A stretch of 64,000 nucleotides of DNA, from the NCBI RefSeq assembly GCF_030013595.1, contig NZ_CP122770.1. The stretch is one strand, 5' to 3'. Source of the stretch: Escherichia coli. Lineage in GTDB: Bacteria; Pseudomonadota; Gammaproteobacteria; Enterobacterales; Enterobacteriaceae. Both the position numbers and the translations under genes were made by a program. Positions 39,418 to 50,211 of this stretch are shown here, one piece after another (positions within the stretch are counted from its first letter, which is position 1; each line of letters opens with the position of its first letter). The notes beneath the pieces were generated by a model. That model was not told the origin of the DNA. It saw nothing but the letters and a program-made list of their open reading frames with translations, and made no database searches.

Positions 39418-39538
39418 GTCTGAATTGCAGGTTATCCGGACGAGGGCCGGGAACTGTTTCAGGGACAAGCGCCGGTACGTTCGATTCATAAATCGTCGAG
39501 TCATCCATCATGGATCGATTCGGCGCGGAGCGTTAAAG
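39418..39538 (+). repeat. Conserved leader element, copy C, upstream of traH
   Basis: Alignable with copies A and B; preceded by palindrome GGCACATGTGCC (about 39404-39416). Confidence 0.5.
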
Positions 39539-39742
39539 ATTACGCTCATATTCGTTTTATGTCTGACGACACATCAACCAGCCAGTATCAGGAATAATCA
39601 CCTTCAGTAAACTATGAGGCTATTTACCTGGCCACACTGGCATTTATTTCCGGTAACGCAAGTATAGCCGGAAACAAACATCATCCTGTCTGTACCGGAG
39701 CACCGGTATATCCCATTCTGATTTAACTGCTCAGGAATTATT

Positions 39743-40201
39743 ATGAACCGTATTATACCTGCGGGGTGTCTTGCCGCCCTTTTTCTGGCTGGCTGCAACT
39801 CCCCTTCTCAGCATACTCCTGTTCCGCGTAACTACGGTGCTGCCTCTGATGTGGCGGTTACCCGGCACACTCAGTACACATTATGGGACAAAGGTGTGTT
39901 TTCCGGCCAACTTCCGGTTTCAACGGGGTCTCATCTTCTGACAGCTAACAGCGATCGCCTTTCCTTTGACTGGGAAGGTGATGCAATTGAATTACTGAAC
40001 GAACTGGCCAGAGTCAGGGGGATGCAGTTTAACTACAATGGTGTCCGCCTGCCGTTACCAGTCAACCTTCACGTCCGGGATATGACGTTTTCCAATACGT
40101 TGAGACTTATTGAAGCCCAGACAGCCTGGAGAGCAACAATCCATCAATATCCGGGCTTGTTACAGGTCAGCTTCATGCAGCCGGAGAACCGGAAAAAATG
40201 A
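39743..40201 (+). CDS. traH: TraH, lipoprotein (DotD-like)
   Basis: 152-aa protein with lipobox LAGCNSP. Confidence 0.75.
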   Translation: MNRIIPAGCLAALFLAGCNSPSQHTPVPRNYGAASDVAVTRHTQYTLWDKGVFSGQLPVSTGSHLLTANSDRLSFDWEGDAIELLNELARVRGMQFNYNGVRLPLPVNLHVRDMTFSNTLRLIEAQTAWRATIHQYPGLLQVSFMQPENRKK

Positions 40202-41016
40202 AAGCACTCACCTCTCTCATTTTGCCAGTAATACTGCTTACTGGTTGTTCTTCTTCCCCTACCATCTCGCCAGGTGGTGTCAATACGCCACCACCTGACA
40301 TTAATGCATGGCTTAAACCACGAAGTGAAAAGCCGGATAGTCTGTCAGAAACACGCTGGAAAATGCTGACCGACGCAGGTAAAACGCTTGGATTTCGTGG
40401 TGGCAAGGCTCAGCGTTCATGGGAGCTGATTCAGGCACTCAACGCCCGGGAAAGCACACTTAATGCCTTATACGATTTCCGGCCACTGATTAGCCCGGAA
40501 GGCTGGCTACCTCCGGTTATTGATGAAGCACAGGACGTAGCTCATATCACGCCAGATCAAATCCGGACCTCTTCCCGGGTCTGGACCATCATTCGCCCTG
40601 AACGCTTTGTCAGCAATCCACCGGGCTGGCGTGACTGGCTTCTCCGGGGGCTTTCAACAACAGCCACTCCGGGTACAGAAGGCAGCGTCGTTCCAGAAGA
40701 CAGCTTGCAACGAAAAGTGTGGGAAACCGCATTACGGCAGGGATGGCAGGAAGGAAGACAAAACGCCGACCTGACGCTTGAAGCCAACCAGAAAACCCTC
40801 ACCCGTGATTACCGGGGCATGATGCTGTACTCACTTCTCTGGCGTCAGGGCATGATCACCCGTCCGGATGTTTCTGATCAAATGCAAACCGTTACAGGTG
40901 ACGGGAAAAAACTGGTTACTGGAGATCGTGTTCGTCGCCTTAAAAATCATGCGGAATTCAATCTTCAGAAATCTCACTGGCGTCCGCTTACAGGCACTGA
41001 AGGAGGCTCCCGATGA
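40198..41016 (+). CDS. traI: TraI, lipoprotein (DotC-like)
   Basis: 272-aa protein with lipobox LTGCSSS; coupled to traH. Confidence 0.75.
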   Translation: MKALTSLILPVILLTGCSSSPTISPGGVNTPPPDINAWLKPRSEKPDSLSETRWKMLTDAGKTLGFRGGKAQRSWELIQALNARESTLNALYDFRPLISPEGWLPPVIDEAQDVAHITPDQIRTSSRVWTIIRPERFVSNPPGWRDWLLRGLSTTATPGTEGSVVPEDSLQRKVWETALRQGWQEGRQNADLTLEANQKTLTRDYRGMMLYSLLWRQGMITRPDVSDQMQTVTGDGKKLVTGDRVRRLKNHAEFNLQKSHWRPLTGTEGGSR

Positions 41017-42161
41017 ATATTCCTGATGAGTTTGGTCTTTTTCCATTTCAGCGTTTCACAGCAGATGAACTACGGCATTTCTTTGTCTGGTGTGCCGCAC
41101 ATAAAGTCAGTGATGTGGATCTGACCGGTGGGTCACCAGTTTCTGTCAGTCGCTTTGGCCGACGGGTGCGTTGTTCCAGTGCAACGTTACCAACCACACT
41201 CATGTCCTCCCTGATTGATGAACTGTTCGGTCGGGAAGTCATTCCCCGTGTTCTGGCAGGCAATCCGGTTGACAGGACGATACAGATTAACGGGGATGCA
41301 TCCGGTCGCTATGGTCTTAAACGCGGAGAACGCATCCGGTTACGCTCTCACCTCATTCAGGGCACATCTGGTGCGGAGGAGAAAGCAATATCAATAACCA
41401 TGCGTGTCATCCCGACAGAAATACCGGACATCCTCTCCATGAACATTGAACCAAACCTGCTTGAAGCAATGGTCTGCAAAAGCGGTCTGGGATTTGTATG
41501 TGGTGAAACAGGGTCAGGAAAATCAACGCTGTGTGCAGCACTGTACTGTTACATTAAGAAGAATTATCCCAACGCCAAAATCGTGACATATGAAGACCCG
41601 GTGGAATATATCCTGGGAAATGAAAACGATCTGCTCCCACCGCATCAGGCAGAAATCGGGCGTGATGTGGCCAGTTTTGCTGCCGGACTGCGTTCTGCTG
41701 TACGACGTAATCCCGAAATTATCGGTGTCGGTGAAATCAGGGATAACGAAACCGCCGACGCAGCGGTACAGGCAGGCAACACCGGGCATTACTGCCTGAG
41801 CACCATGCATACGAAATCTCCTGGTGAAACGCTGGCACGTCTTCTTGGGCTGTTTCCCCCTGTCATCAGGGATTCGATGGCCTGGGCTGTCCTGTCACTG
41901 TTGCAGTTCATTCTGGTTCAGGTTCTGGTCAGAACAAATGACGGTGGTCGTAAAGCCGTCCGGGAATATATCGTCATTAACGATGAGCTTCGCGACAATC
42001 TTTCCGGAATGCCACATGCAGAGTGGGGGCATCACATTGATGCCATAATCCGGCAGGAGAAGCGCCGTATCCGGGACCAGATTCTGGAAATGTATATCCG
42101 GAATGAAGTTGACCGAAGAGAAGCGATTCTTTTTATCCCGCCAGGGGAGTTACGGTCATGA
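41013..42161 (+). CDS. traJ: TraJ, PilT/DotB-like secretion ATPase
   Basis: 382-aa protein with Walker A GETGSGKST and PilT-family architecture. Confidence 0.85.
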   Translation: MNIPDEFGLFPFQRFTADELRHFFVWCAAHKVSDVDLTGGSPVSVSRFGRRVRCSSATLPTTLMSSLIDELFGREVIPRVLAGNPVDRTIQINGDASGRYGLKRGERIRLRSHLIQGTSGAEEKAISITMRVIPTEIPDILSMNIEPNLLEAMVCKSGLGFVCGETGSGKSTLCAALYCYIKKNYPNAKIVTYEDPVEYILGNENDLLPPHQAEIGRDVASFAAGLRSAVRRNPEIIGVGEIRDNETADAAVQAGNTGHYCLSTMHTKSPGETLARLLGLFPPVIRDSMAWAVLSLLQFILVQVLVRTNDGGRKAVREYIVINDELRDNLSGMPHAEWGHHIDAIIRQEKRRIRDQILEMYIRNEVDRREAILFIPPGELRS

Positions 42162-42448
42162 AAAGAGAAGGTTTCTGGCGATATGCAACACCGCCAGTCA
42201 ACATCCAGGGCGTACCTCTGCCGTTCACCATGATTTATCTGTTTATATGCCCCTTTCCCTCCAAAACAACCTTCTGGATTTGCACCGGCATCATTTTATT
42301 TTTCGTTATTCTCGACCGTTCAGGCTGGACTGTCAGGACGATCTGTACTCGCATTTTCAGCATTCTGAGAGGGGCCATCGCCTCCGGTCGTCCATGGTGG
42401 TATCGCCACCATACGGAATCACCACGAGACTGGACTGGCCTCGATTAA
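42158..42448 (+). CDS. traK: TraK, small inner-membrane protein (IcmT-like)
   Basis: 96-aa hydrophobic protein coupled to traJ. Confidence 0.65.
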   Translation: MKREGFWRYATPPVNIQGVPLPFTMIYLFICPFPSKTTFWICTGIILFFVILDRSGWTVRTICTRIFSILRGAIASGRPWWYRHHTESPRDWTGLD

Positions 42449-42462
42449 ATTCTGGAGTCTTT

Positions 42463-43014
42463 ATGTCAGGTAAAAAAACTATCGTTACTCTGCTCCGGGT
42501 ATCGCTACTGGCATGCCCGTTACTGTTCACGACACCATCGTTTGCAATGATCGACACGCCATCCGTGAAGGTCGGCTTTTCTCCTGAAGGAAGCGCATCC
42601 GCTCTGGTGCTTGACACAATCAACAGTGCGGAAAGCTCCATCAGGATGATGGCATATTCCTTCACCGACCCGGATGTAATGCATGCGCTGGCAAAAGCGA
42701 AAAAACGCGGAGTGGACGTCCGTATTGTTGTTGATGACAAGGGGAATACGAACCGGGCAAGTCAGGAAGCGATGAAATATATCAACCTGCTGGACATTCC
42801 TCTCCGGACTGTAGATGCCTTCCCCATCCATCACGACAAAGTCATCATTGTTGACGGAAACACGGTTGAAACTGGCTCCTATAACTTCTCTCGTGCTGCT
42901 GCACGCAAGAATTCAGAGAATGTCGTTGTGCTCAAGAATATGCCGGATGTAGCCGCACAATATCTTGAACACTGGCAGGATCGCTGGAATAAGGGTACAG
43001 ACTGGAGACCCTGA
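42463..43014 (+). CDS. nuc: Nuc-like periplasmic endonuclease of the phospholipase D (HKD) family
   Basis: Signal peptide then HKD motif HHDKVIIVDGNTVETGSYNFS (HxK-x4-D-x6-GSxN); GGAG RBS 7 nt upstream of ATG 42463. Confidence 0.8.
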   Translation: MSGKKTIVTLLRVSLLACPLLFTTPSFAMIDTPSVKVGFSPEGSASALVLDTINSAESSIRMMAYSFTDPDVMHALAKAKKRGVDVRIVVDDKGNTNRASQEAMKYINLLDIPLRTVDAFPIHHDKVIIVDGNTVETGSYNFSRAAARKNSENVVVLKNMPDVAAQYLEHWQDRWNKGTDWRP

Positions 43015-43103
43015 CAAACATTTCTCCCCCGATTTTCTATCCCCCCAGCCACCCCCGGCTTCCGGCGGTGGTTTTTTTCCGTCTTTTTTCAGGAGAAGCA
43101 CTC

Positions 43104-46100
43104 ATGCCGTCTGTATCCCGCTACCGCACCTGGCTTGCCGTGCCTGCAGATGAAATAGAAGATCTCAAAAAAGCACATCCCCCGATGAACGGGCACACGC
43201 CCGTCATCTGGGACAAGGAGCACAAACTCTGGTTCGCCCGCCCGGGGGCGGACCTGTCCAGGCTGGACCGCTGGCTGCCCCGGCCACAGGACGTCTCCAT
43301 GAACGGCAGTGATCCGGTCACCGAGTTTGCCCAGGTTCTGGAGAATGCCGGACTGGTTCTGAAAGAACTGCCGGTCATGGACGGGAAAATCCACCGTGTC
43401 CCGACCGCCGATGACAAAAAAGGACAAAAAAGTGGCGCATATCGCGGATTCCTGGACGGCAGACCTGCCGGCTGGTACAGGGATTATCGCAGCGCGGATA
43501 ATTCGCCGATCACCTGGACCTTCTCCGGCGGAGAACAGACAGATCCCCGCGCAAGACTCCACCTGAAAGCGCATTCAATGCAACGCAGGGAGGACGCGGA
43601 GCGGGAACTGAAAGCACAGTACAACCGACAGGCCGCGTATGCCCGCCGCTATATCAACAAATGGCCGCAGGCCACAGCACATGAATACCTGACCCGGAAA
43701 GGCATTCAGGCTGCACCGGGGGTGCGGGTAAACAACAAAAATGAACTGGTTATTCCCTTCAGTAACCGTAACGGCGCGATACGCTCTTACCAGCGTATTC
43801 CGGTCACCGGGGGGAAAGATGCCCGCATCCTGATAGATTCGGAGAAAACCGGTAACTGGTTTGCGCTGGGCACACCGCGCAACGGTCAGCCGGTACTGTT
43901 TGCCGAGGGCTATGCCACTGCGGCCTCCCTGCACGAAGCCACGGGCCTTCCGGTACTGATGACGGTGGATGGAGGCAACATGATTGCCGTTGCCGAAAAT
44001 GCCCGGCAAAAGTGGACGCAAAGCCCCTTTATCTTCTGTGCCGACAACGATCATGCAATCCGGGTTAACAAAGGTATCGTCAGTGCAACAAAAGCCGCAG
44101 AACTGACAGGAGGATCGGTCATCTTTCCTGCGTTCACCGATGCCGAAAAAGCGCAGGGGCTGACCGATTTCAATGACCTGGACGCAAGCCGGGGACGGGC
44201 CGCTTTTCAGCATGTCATCAACGCCCAGTTAGAACACATCGGGGTTTCCACCCCCAACAGTAACACCCCGGAAATGCGCGAGGCACTGGTGATAGGCAAC
44301 CTCGTTTTTACACCGGTCCACAGTGAGGAAAAAACCATGACTCCGACAGAATATCCTGAAACATCACCCGATACAGGGCACAGCCATGACCAGGGACCTT
44401 CTCTGCCGTCCGCCACACAGCAGGAACAACCAGCTGCTTCCAGCAGTAACATTGCTGATGAAACACAGTCATTTACCAGTCACGCCACTGAAAATAACGG
44501 CAAAGATGAGCGGCACGCTGATAACGTTCAGGCGCAAACGGAAAGCTCTGTAGTTCAGGACTCCCCTGCAGAATCACCGGCGTCCCCGGAAAGTACAACG
44601 GCGTCTGCCCCTGATGAACCCGCTCATCCGGCGGAACCTCCGGAAAAAGTTGTCTCGGTGGCCACAGATAAAGACTGGCGTGAATTTGAAGCTGAACTGT
44701 CACAACCGGAAAAAAACGAGTCACAACAGGAATCCGGCACTTCACCTGAAATACCGGCCCCTGCTGCCACCACCGCATCCCCTGAAGACAGTCCCTCATC
44801 TGAAACCATGAATGAATCAGCCGAGCCATCACCTTCCCCTGATGCAGTCAAAGAGGAAATGACCGTGATGACGGAACCTGATGACAAACAAAGCACCGGA
44901 ATATCCCCGGATACTCCCCGGGAAGAGGCGGTCAACCATGTAACTGAAGACATTCCCCTTCAGCCAGAGCCGTTCCTTCCTGAGTCAGATGGCCCCGAAG
45001 AATACGAAAACTACAGCGCATATCAGGAGCTGATGAACAATGAAAATCCTGAGCATCTGCAGGAAAACAGTGATATGCCGTCGCAACCGGACACAGGCCA
45101 CGTTCAGGCTGATGAGTCAGAACTTCAGGCCACAACAGATACAGTAGAACCGGCTGTCCGGGATGCCCCCACTCCACAGCAACCTGTTCAGAGCACATCA
45201 TCTTCTGATAATACTTCATCGTTTCTCGACAAAGCGCGTGGCTTTTTTACGCGTAAAAAAACGGATTCACAGGCGCATGAGAACAGTGATCCCACACCCT
45301 CACCGGAAACCACGACGACCACACCGGCACCTGACAGTATTGTCTACGCCCCGGAACGCCCTGATGCACCGATATCGCTCAATCTGGACGAAATCATTAA
45401 ATCGCTGGAAGGTGAAGAACGAGCAGACAGAACCGTCCTGTACAAACTGGATGGCAAACCTGCCTTCATTGACCGGGTAAACCGGCTGGAAATGGTCAAC
45501 GGTGCCAGCAATGACGATCGCAGTGTTCTGGCTGCACTTGCTGTGGCCACTGATTTTTATGGTGGTGTCATTGAGCTGACGGGCAGTGATGCCTTTAAGC
45601 AAAAAGCGATGCAGTTGATCATCGAGCACAACATCAAAGTGCGCATGAAATTCCCGGATCAGCGAGCGGCGCTCGAAAAATTACGCAAGGAAATGGCTGT
45701 CGGTAAAGATACTGTTGTCACCCATAAGCCAACACCGGAACTTAACCGGAATACCCCTGAACAACCAGCAGTCCCAGACCCTGTTCAGGAAAAAGAAGCC
45801 ACACAATCCCCGGCGTCCCCAGTAGCCCCTGAAGCATCAACCGTCAGCACCGTCCCTGCATCATCACCGGCTGAACCTGGCAAAACGGCAGATGCGGCAC
45901 AAGGTGAAGAACCACCAGGAAAACTTCGCCCGGGAGAGAGCGTGACTGCCGTACTGCACAATTTTGGTCGTGCTGAATATGCACCCGGCAAAGGAGAGAG
46001 TTTCTTTGTTGAGCTTAAAAACCGCAGTGGCAGCAAACTCTACTGGGGGGAACAACTGGAAAGTCTGGTCAAAAACCATCAGAAAGGTGACGTGGTGACA

Positions 46101-46871
46101 CTGACACTTCAGAACCGCGAACAATTCATCCTCCCGGGAGAGCAAAAAGCACGTTTCCGGAATAAGTGGTCCATGGAGTCAGTTACCAACGGGATCTCGG
46201 TATCACATGATAATCCGGATAAAGGTCAGCGTATTCAAGCGATTCCGGTCGAAACCTTTATGAAAGTGGCTGCGCAAATCAGCCAGGGGTGGCCCGAAGA
46301 GATGAAAGCGTTACGTATGCCAGAAAACGTCGGCTCACATCTGTTTATCGGTGAAGACCGACATCCGGTCTCCGCGCCACAGAACGCAAATCAGGTAACA
46401 GAAATAACCAGCGCAGCCCCTGACAAGCTGACACCTGTTCTGGGATCAGTGGATAAGGATACGCGTGAACTCAACCTGCTACTTGTCCAGAGTGCCGATG
46501 AACATCTGCAGGGTGTGGTCCGGCTGAACGGCACATTGTATCCGGCACTGGCCACCCCATCAGCCGACAACAGTCAGCTGGTTATCAATGCGCTGACCGA
46601 CAAAGGTTTACGCTTTGCAGGTTATGGTGAAGCGGTAAACCACGATGCTGACAGCACGAATCGCCCCGCACCGGAGCTTATGCAGTTTCATCTGAAAACC
46701 CGGGAAGAACCGCTTTTTGCTGCTGTCTACACGCCGGAAAAACAACCTGATGCGTTGTACCGGAACCTGGGCTTCGAGCAGTCATGGCAGCAGTGGTCCA
46801 ACAGCCAAAAGCCGGAGGACAGGCAGGAAAAAACTCTGCATCAGGATCTCTCCCACAGCCCCGGCCGATGA
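43104..46871 (+). CDS. sogL: Sog DNA primase (SogL; the in-frame short form SogS is not delimited)
   Basis: About 1255-aa protein with N-terminal primase region and a long acidic Pro/Glu/Ser/Thr-rich linker; AGGAG RBS before ATG 43104; conserved position between traK/nuc and traL. Confidence 0.85.
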   Translation: MPSVSRYRTWLAVPADEIEDLKKAHPPMNGHTPVIWDKEHKLWFARPGADLSRLDRWLPRPQDVSMNGSDPVTEFAQVLENAGLVLKELPVMDGKIHRVPTADDKKGQKSGAYRGFLDGRPAGWYRDYRSADNSPITWTFSGGEQTDPRARLHLKAHSMQRREDAERELKAQYNRQAAYARRYINKWPQATAHEYLTRKGIQAAPGVRVNNKNELVIPFSNRNGAIRSYQRIPVTGGKDARILIDSEKTGNWFALGTPRNGQPVLFAEGYATAASLHEATGLPVLMTVDGGNMIAVAENARQKWTQSPFIFCADNDHAIRVNKGIVSATKAAELTGGSVIFPAFTDAEKAQGLTDFNDLDASRGRAAFQHVINAQLEHIGVSTPNSNTPEMREALVIGNLVFTPVHSEEKTMTPTEYPETSPDTGHSHDQGPSLPSATQQEQPAASSSNIADETQSFTSHATENNGKDERHADNVQAQTESSVVQDSPAESPASPESTTASAPDEPAHPAEPPEKVVSVATDKDWREFEAELSQPEKNESQQESGTSPEIPAPAATTASPEDSPSSETMNESAEPSPSPDAVKEEMTVMTEPDDKQSTGISPDTPREEAVNHVTEDIPLQPEPFLPESDGPEEYENYSAYQELMNNENPEHLQENSDMPSQPDTGHVQADESELQATTDTVEPAVRDAPTPQQPVQSTSSSDNTSSFLDKARGFFTRKKTDSQAHENSDPTPSPETTTTTPAPDSIVYAPERPDAPISLNLDEIIKSLEGEERADRTVLYKLDGKPAFIDRVNRLEMVNGASNDDRSVLAALAVATDFYGGVIELTGSDAFKQKAMQLIIEHNIKVRMKFPDQRAALEKLRKEMAVGKDTVVTHKPTPELNRNTPEQPAVPDPVQEKEATQSPASPVAPEASTVSTVPASSPAEPGKTADAAQGEEPPGKLRPGESVTAVLHNFGRAEYAPGKGESFFVELKNRSGSKLYWGEQLESLVKNHQKGDVVTLTLQNREQFILPGEQKARFRNKWSMESVTNGISVSHDNPDKGQRIQAIPVETFMKVAAQISQGWPEEMKALRMPENVGSHLFIGEDRHPVSAPQNANQVTEITSAAPDKLTPVLGSVDKDTRELNLLLVQSADEHLQGVVRLNGTLYPALATPSADNSQLVINALTDKGLRFAGYGEAVNHDADSTNRPAPELMQFHLKTREEPLFAAVYTPEKQPDALYRNLGFEQSWQQWSNSQKPEDRQEKTLHQDLSHSPGR

Positions 46872-46888
46872 GCCGGTAAGGAAGCCAT

Positions 46889-47236
46889 ATGAACATGCAT
46901 AAGTCTCTGGTTGCCGTGCTCGGCCTTATCCTGATTTCATCCACGGCAAGTGCTGCAACCTGTCGTGCGGGTAGCGCGGCACAGGCCGGTAGTAATACAG
47001 GATATGAGCGAGCACGTGCAGCTGCGGATGCATGGTCACAACGTGAAAACGATGTTTCCTCATCCCTGCAGTCCTGTCTGTCACGAATCAAAAAAATCAG
47101 CATAAACCTCCCCCAGTTCCCCAGCCTTGACGACATTCTGTCGCAGCTGGAAAACCAGGTCTGCGACGCGGTCGTGGACAAGGTGAATGAAAAGCTGCCG
47201 GGGAATATTGATCCCTGGAAGGACTACAACCTATGA
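46889..47236 (+). CDS. traL: TraL, exported transfer protein
   Basis: 115-aa protein with signal peptide; name by synteny. Confidence 0.7.
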   Translation: MNMHKSLVAVLGLILISSTASAATCRAGSAAQAGSNTGYERARAAADAWSQRENDVSSSLQSCLSRIKKISINLPQFPSLDDILSQLENQVCDAVVDKVNEKLPGNIDPWKDYNL

Positions 47237-47925
47237 CCGAAAATACCGAGCCATCCTCGCCATCACATCCGGCACCTGACCCGGAAATACTGAAGAGCAC
47301 AATCAGGGCTATGAAGCAGTCAGAACAGCGGGCAAATAATGTCCCTGCGCTGATAAAAGCGCTTTTATGTACGGGCACATGTCTTCTTATCAGTATTACT
47401 GGTAACGCCATTCAGTACTGGCACTCAACGAATGTGGAGCGCGAATATTTCGCTACAGACAATGGTCGTCTGGTCAGGCTGGCACCAACAAGTCAGCCAG
47501 CATGGAGTCAGAATGATGCAATGGCCTTTGGCAGCCAGGCACTGGCGACCGCATTCAACCTGGATTTTGTGCACTATCGTTCACAGATCTCCTCCCTGTC
47601 TCCGCGTTTTTCTGACGAAGGTTTTGTCGGATATGTGAATGCATTACAGGCATCTAACATTCTGGAGACGATCAAGAAAGAGAAGATGAATCTGACCGCC
47701 ACGACAGGTGCTGGCGTTCTGGTACGACAGGGACAAATGTCCGACGGCGTATGGTTCTGGACATTCCAGTATCCTGTCCGTATGCGTCTGGTCGGCCAGA
47801 CAACCAGCAAGCCAGAACAGTCTTTTGTTTTCGAAATCACCATCCAGCGTGTTGACCCCAGACTGAAACCATCCGGTATGGAAATCCGGCAGATGATCTC
47901 CCGTAACGCCGGACCGAACTCCTGA
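47233..47925 (+). CDS. traM: TraM (DotI-like) membrane protein
   Basis: 230 aa with one N-terminal TM segment; coupled to traL. Confidence 0.7.
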   Translation: MTENTEPSSPSHPAPDPEILKSTIRAMKQSEQRANNVPALIKALLCTGTCLLISITGNAIQYWHSTNVEREYFATDNGRLVRLAPTSQPAWSQNDAMAFGSQALATAFNLDFVHYRSQISSLSPRFSDEGFVGYVNALQASNILETIKKEKMNLTATTGAGVLVRQGQMSDGVWFWTFQYPVRMRLVGQTTSKPEQSFVFEITIQRVDPRLKPSGMEIRQMISRNAGPNS

Positions 47926-47935
47926 GATAAGTAAT

Positions 47936-48919
47936 ATGCAATCACGTTATTTACTGAGCACACTGCTCCTGGTGTGCAGCGCCGCCACGTCTGCAGATAA
48001 CGCAGGATGGCAGAACGCACGCACACCACAAACGACAAATTCTGCCAGCGATCACGTTCAGAACGCCTCCCAAAACACCGGAGGTGTTCCGGCAACACTG
48101 GTAAAAGGTGAGCTGCCTGCCCCCGGGCAGGCCAGCCCGCTGGTACAGGATGCGGCAAGGCTTGATTCTGAGCTCTCCGCCGATGAGATTCGCTCACTAC
48201 GCAGTCTCATGGCGGATAACGAGCGGGCCATCAATGCGCCCATCACCAGTGTTGTACCCCGTATCAGCTCTCTGACAGTTAATCTGTCCCCCGGTGCCAG
48301 CCTTCCTCTTGTTCGCACAGCCATGAACAACCTGAGCGTGGTGACATTTACCGATATCAACGGTTCACCATGGCCACAATCCGATCCTCCTTATAACGCG
48401 GCACCAAAACTCTTTGATGTGCAGTACAACGAGAACATGGTGACAATCACACCATTGCGGCCATGGGCATCCGGAAATATTTCTGTCTACCTGAAAGGTC
48501 TGTCGGTACCGGTCATCCTGAACGTAACCAGTGGCGAAACAGATACGCCGTCATCCAGTCAGGAAATGGACAGTCGTCTGGATCTGCGAATACCACGGCA
48601 GGGACCAACCAGCCCAGTTGTCTCCATCCCGACGGATAAGATCGCCCTGCATGATGCAACATTACAGGCATTTCTGGATGGTATTCCTCCCCGGGACCCT
48701 TCAGTTAAGAGGCTGAAATTCACAGGTAATGTCCCGGATACAACGATCTGGCAACACGGCGATGACCTTCTGGTTCGTTCCCGGGCGATGTTGCGCGATG
48801 AATTTGAACAGACCTTGTCCTCTGCCGACGGAACTCATCTCTGGAAACTTCCCGTCACCCCACTACTGACTTTCTCTGTGAATGGCCAGTCCGTTCACGT
48901 GACACCAGAACTGGAGTAA
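47936..48919 (+). CDS. traN: TraN (DotH-like) outer-membrane-associated core protein
   Basis: 327 aa with signal peptide; name by synteny. Confidence 0.7.
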   Translation: MQSRYLLSTLLLVCSAATSADNAGWQNARTPQTTNSASDHVQNASQNTGGVPATLVKGELPAPGQASPLVQDAARLDSELSADEIRSLRSLMADNERAINAPITSVVPRISSLTVNLSPGASLPLVRTAMNNLSVVTFTDINGSPWPQSDPPYNAAPKLFDVQYNENMVTITPLRPWASGNISVYLKGLSVPVILNVTSGETDTPSSSQEMDSRLDLRIPRQGPTSPVVSIPTDKIALHDATLQAFLDGIPPRDPSVKRLKFTGNVPDTTIWQHGDDLLVRSRAMLRDEFEQTLSSADGTHLWKLPVTPLLTFSVNGQSVHVTPELE

Positions 48920-48921
48920 TC

Positions 48922-50211
48922 ATGAGTGCTGAACAGGATGCCGGTAAATCCGGAAAGAAACTGGCTGCCCTGCTTGGACTGGGCAGCATCATCTTATTTG
49001 GCGGCGGCTATATCGCGTTTTCCAAACTATCAGGGAGTAACAGCGATATGCAGTCAGCCGTGAACATTAACAGTGCAGCAAGCGGCGGAACGCGCAGCGT
49101 TACCGAAACGCCTCACTATCGTGAACTGTTAAGAGCGGATAATGAACGAGGGGCCGCAGCTGCAGCCCGCAATAATCAGACGTTCATTGCCAGTCTTCCA
49201 CAGGGGCTTGATATTCCGGACACTCCGGAAAAGCAACAACAGCCTGCAGCAAAACCGGAAAACTATGCTCATCGCCAGGCTTCCGGCACACCACAGGAGG
49301 ATCGAGCAGCCAGTGAAAAACGTATGGAGCGGCTGCAAAAGCTGATTGTAAGAATAAAAGATCAGCATCCTGCCGGTAGTACACCAACCATAGCAACGGC
49401 TATGTGGAATAAATCTCCGGCAGAAACAACAGGGCAGAATGGTACGCAGCAATTCGCATTACAGAATGCCAGCCTGTCCACGCCGGTAGCAGAAAAAGGG
49501 ATACAACTGATACCTGCTCTGACCCGTATACCGGCATATATTGATACTGCAGTGGATTCTGATAACCCATCATCCAAGGTTATCGCAACCATTCCCGCTG
49601 GCCCCTGGGCAGGGGCAACGCTGTTCAGTCCGGGAGTCAAACTGGTGGGTAACGGCGTGGAGATCCATTTCGACCGGATGAGCTGGAACGGCATGGACCT
49701 TAAGGTCAATGCATATGCTCAACGGGAAGACAACCTGATGTCATCCGTGGCCAGCAATGTGAATACACGCTGGTTTAAACATATCATTCTGCCGTCAGTG
49801 TTAGGAGGTGTGGGCAGTATTGGCACACTTTATAAAGATGCCAACACGCAGGTTATTCAGGGTAACTATGGCACGGTTACCGGACGCGTGGGAATGCCCA
49901 GTGGTGAAGCTGTTGCGGGCGTTATTGCCGGTGGTATGGCGGAAAGAGGAAGTCAGATATTAACCCGCCAGGCAGAAAGTGAGCCCTATAAACAGGTAGA
50001 AGTGTATCAGCATGAAGTCGTATCAATTCTGTTTGTTGACCCGGTAATGACAAACGACGCCAGGTCATCTTCCCTTTCCAGTGGCATTTCCCCTTCAGTT
50101 AATCGTACATCACAGGCGGAACAACGCTCGCAGGCACGAATGCAGACAGCCATGGAGCAAAGAAAAGCTGTGATGCAACGTCGGTATGATGAACAACCGG
50201 AGACACCATAA
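48922..50211 (+). CDS. traO: TraO (DotG-like) core complex protein
   Basis: 429 aa with N-terminal TM segment; name by synteny. Confidence 0.7.
   Translation: MSAEQDAGKSGKKLAALLGLGSIILFGGGYIAFSKLSGSNSDMQSAVNINSAASGGTRSVTETPHYRELLRADNERGAAAAARNNQTFIASLPQGLDIPDTPEKQQQPAAKPENYAHRQASGTPQEDRAASEKRMERLQKLIVRIKDQHPAGSTPTIATAMWNKSPAETTGQNGTQQFALQNASLSTPVAEKGIQLIPALTRIPAYIDTAVDSDNPSSKVIATIPAGPWAGATLFSPGVKLVGNGVEIHFDRMSWNGMDLKVNAYAQREDNLMSSVASNVNTRWFKHIILPSVLGGVGSIGTLYKDANTQVIQGNYGTVTGRVGMPSGEAVAGVIAGGMAERGSQILTRQAESEPYKQVEVYQHEVVSILFVDPVMTNDARSSSLSSGISPSVNRTSQAEQRSQARMQTAMEQRKAVMQRRYDEQPETP

Noticed and set aside
43089-46145. Many minus-strand ORFs within sog
   Set aside because: Shadow ORFs inside the long primase gene, whose acidic repeat-rich linker creates open antisense frames.
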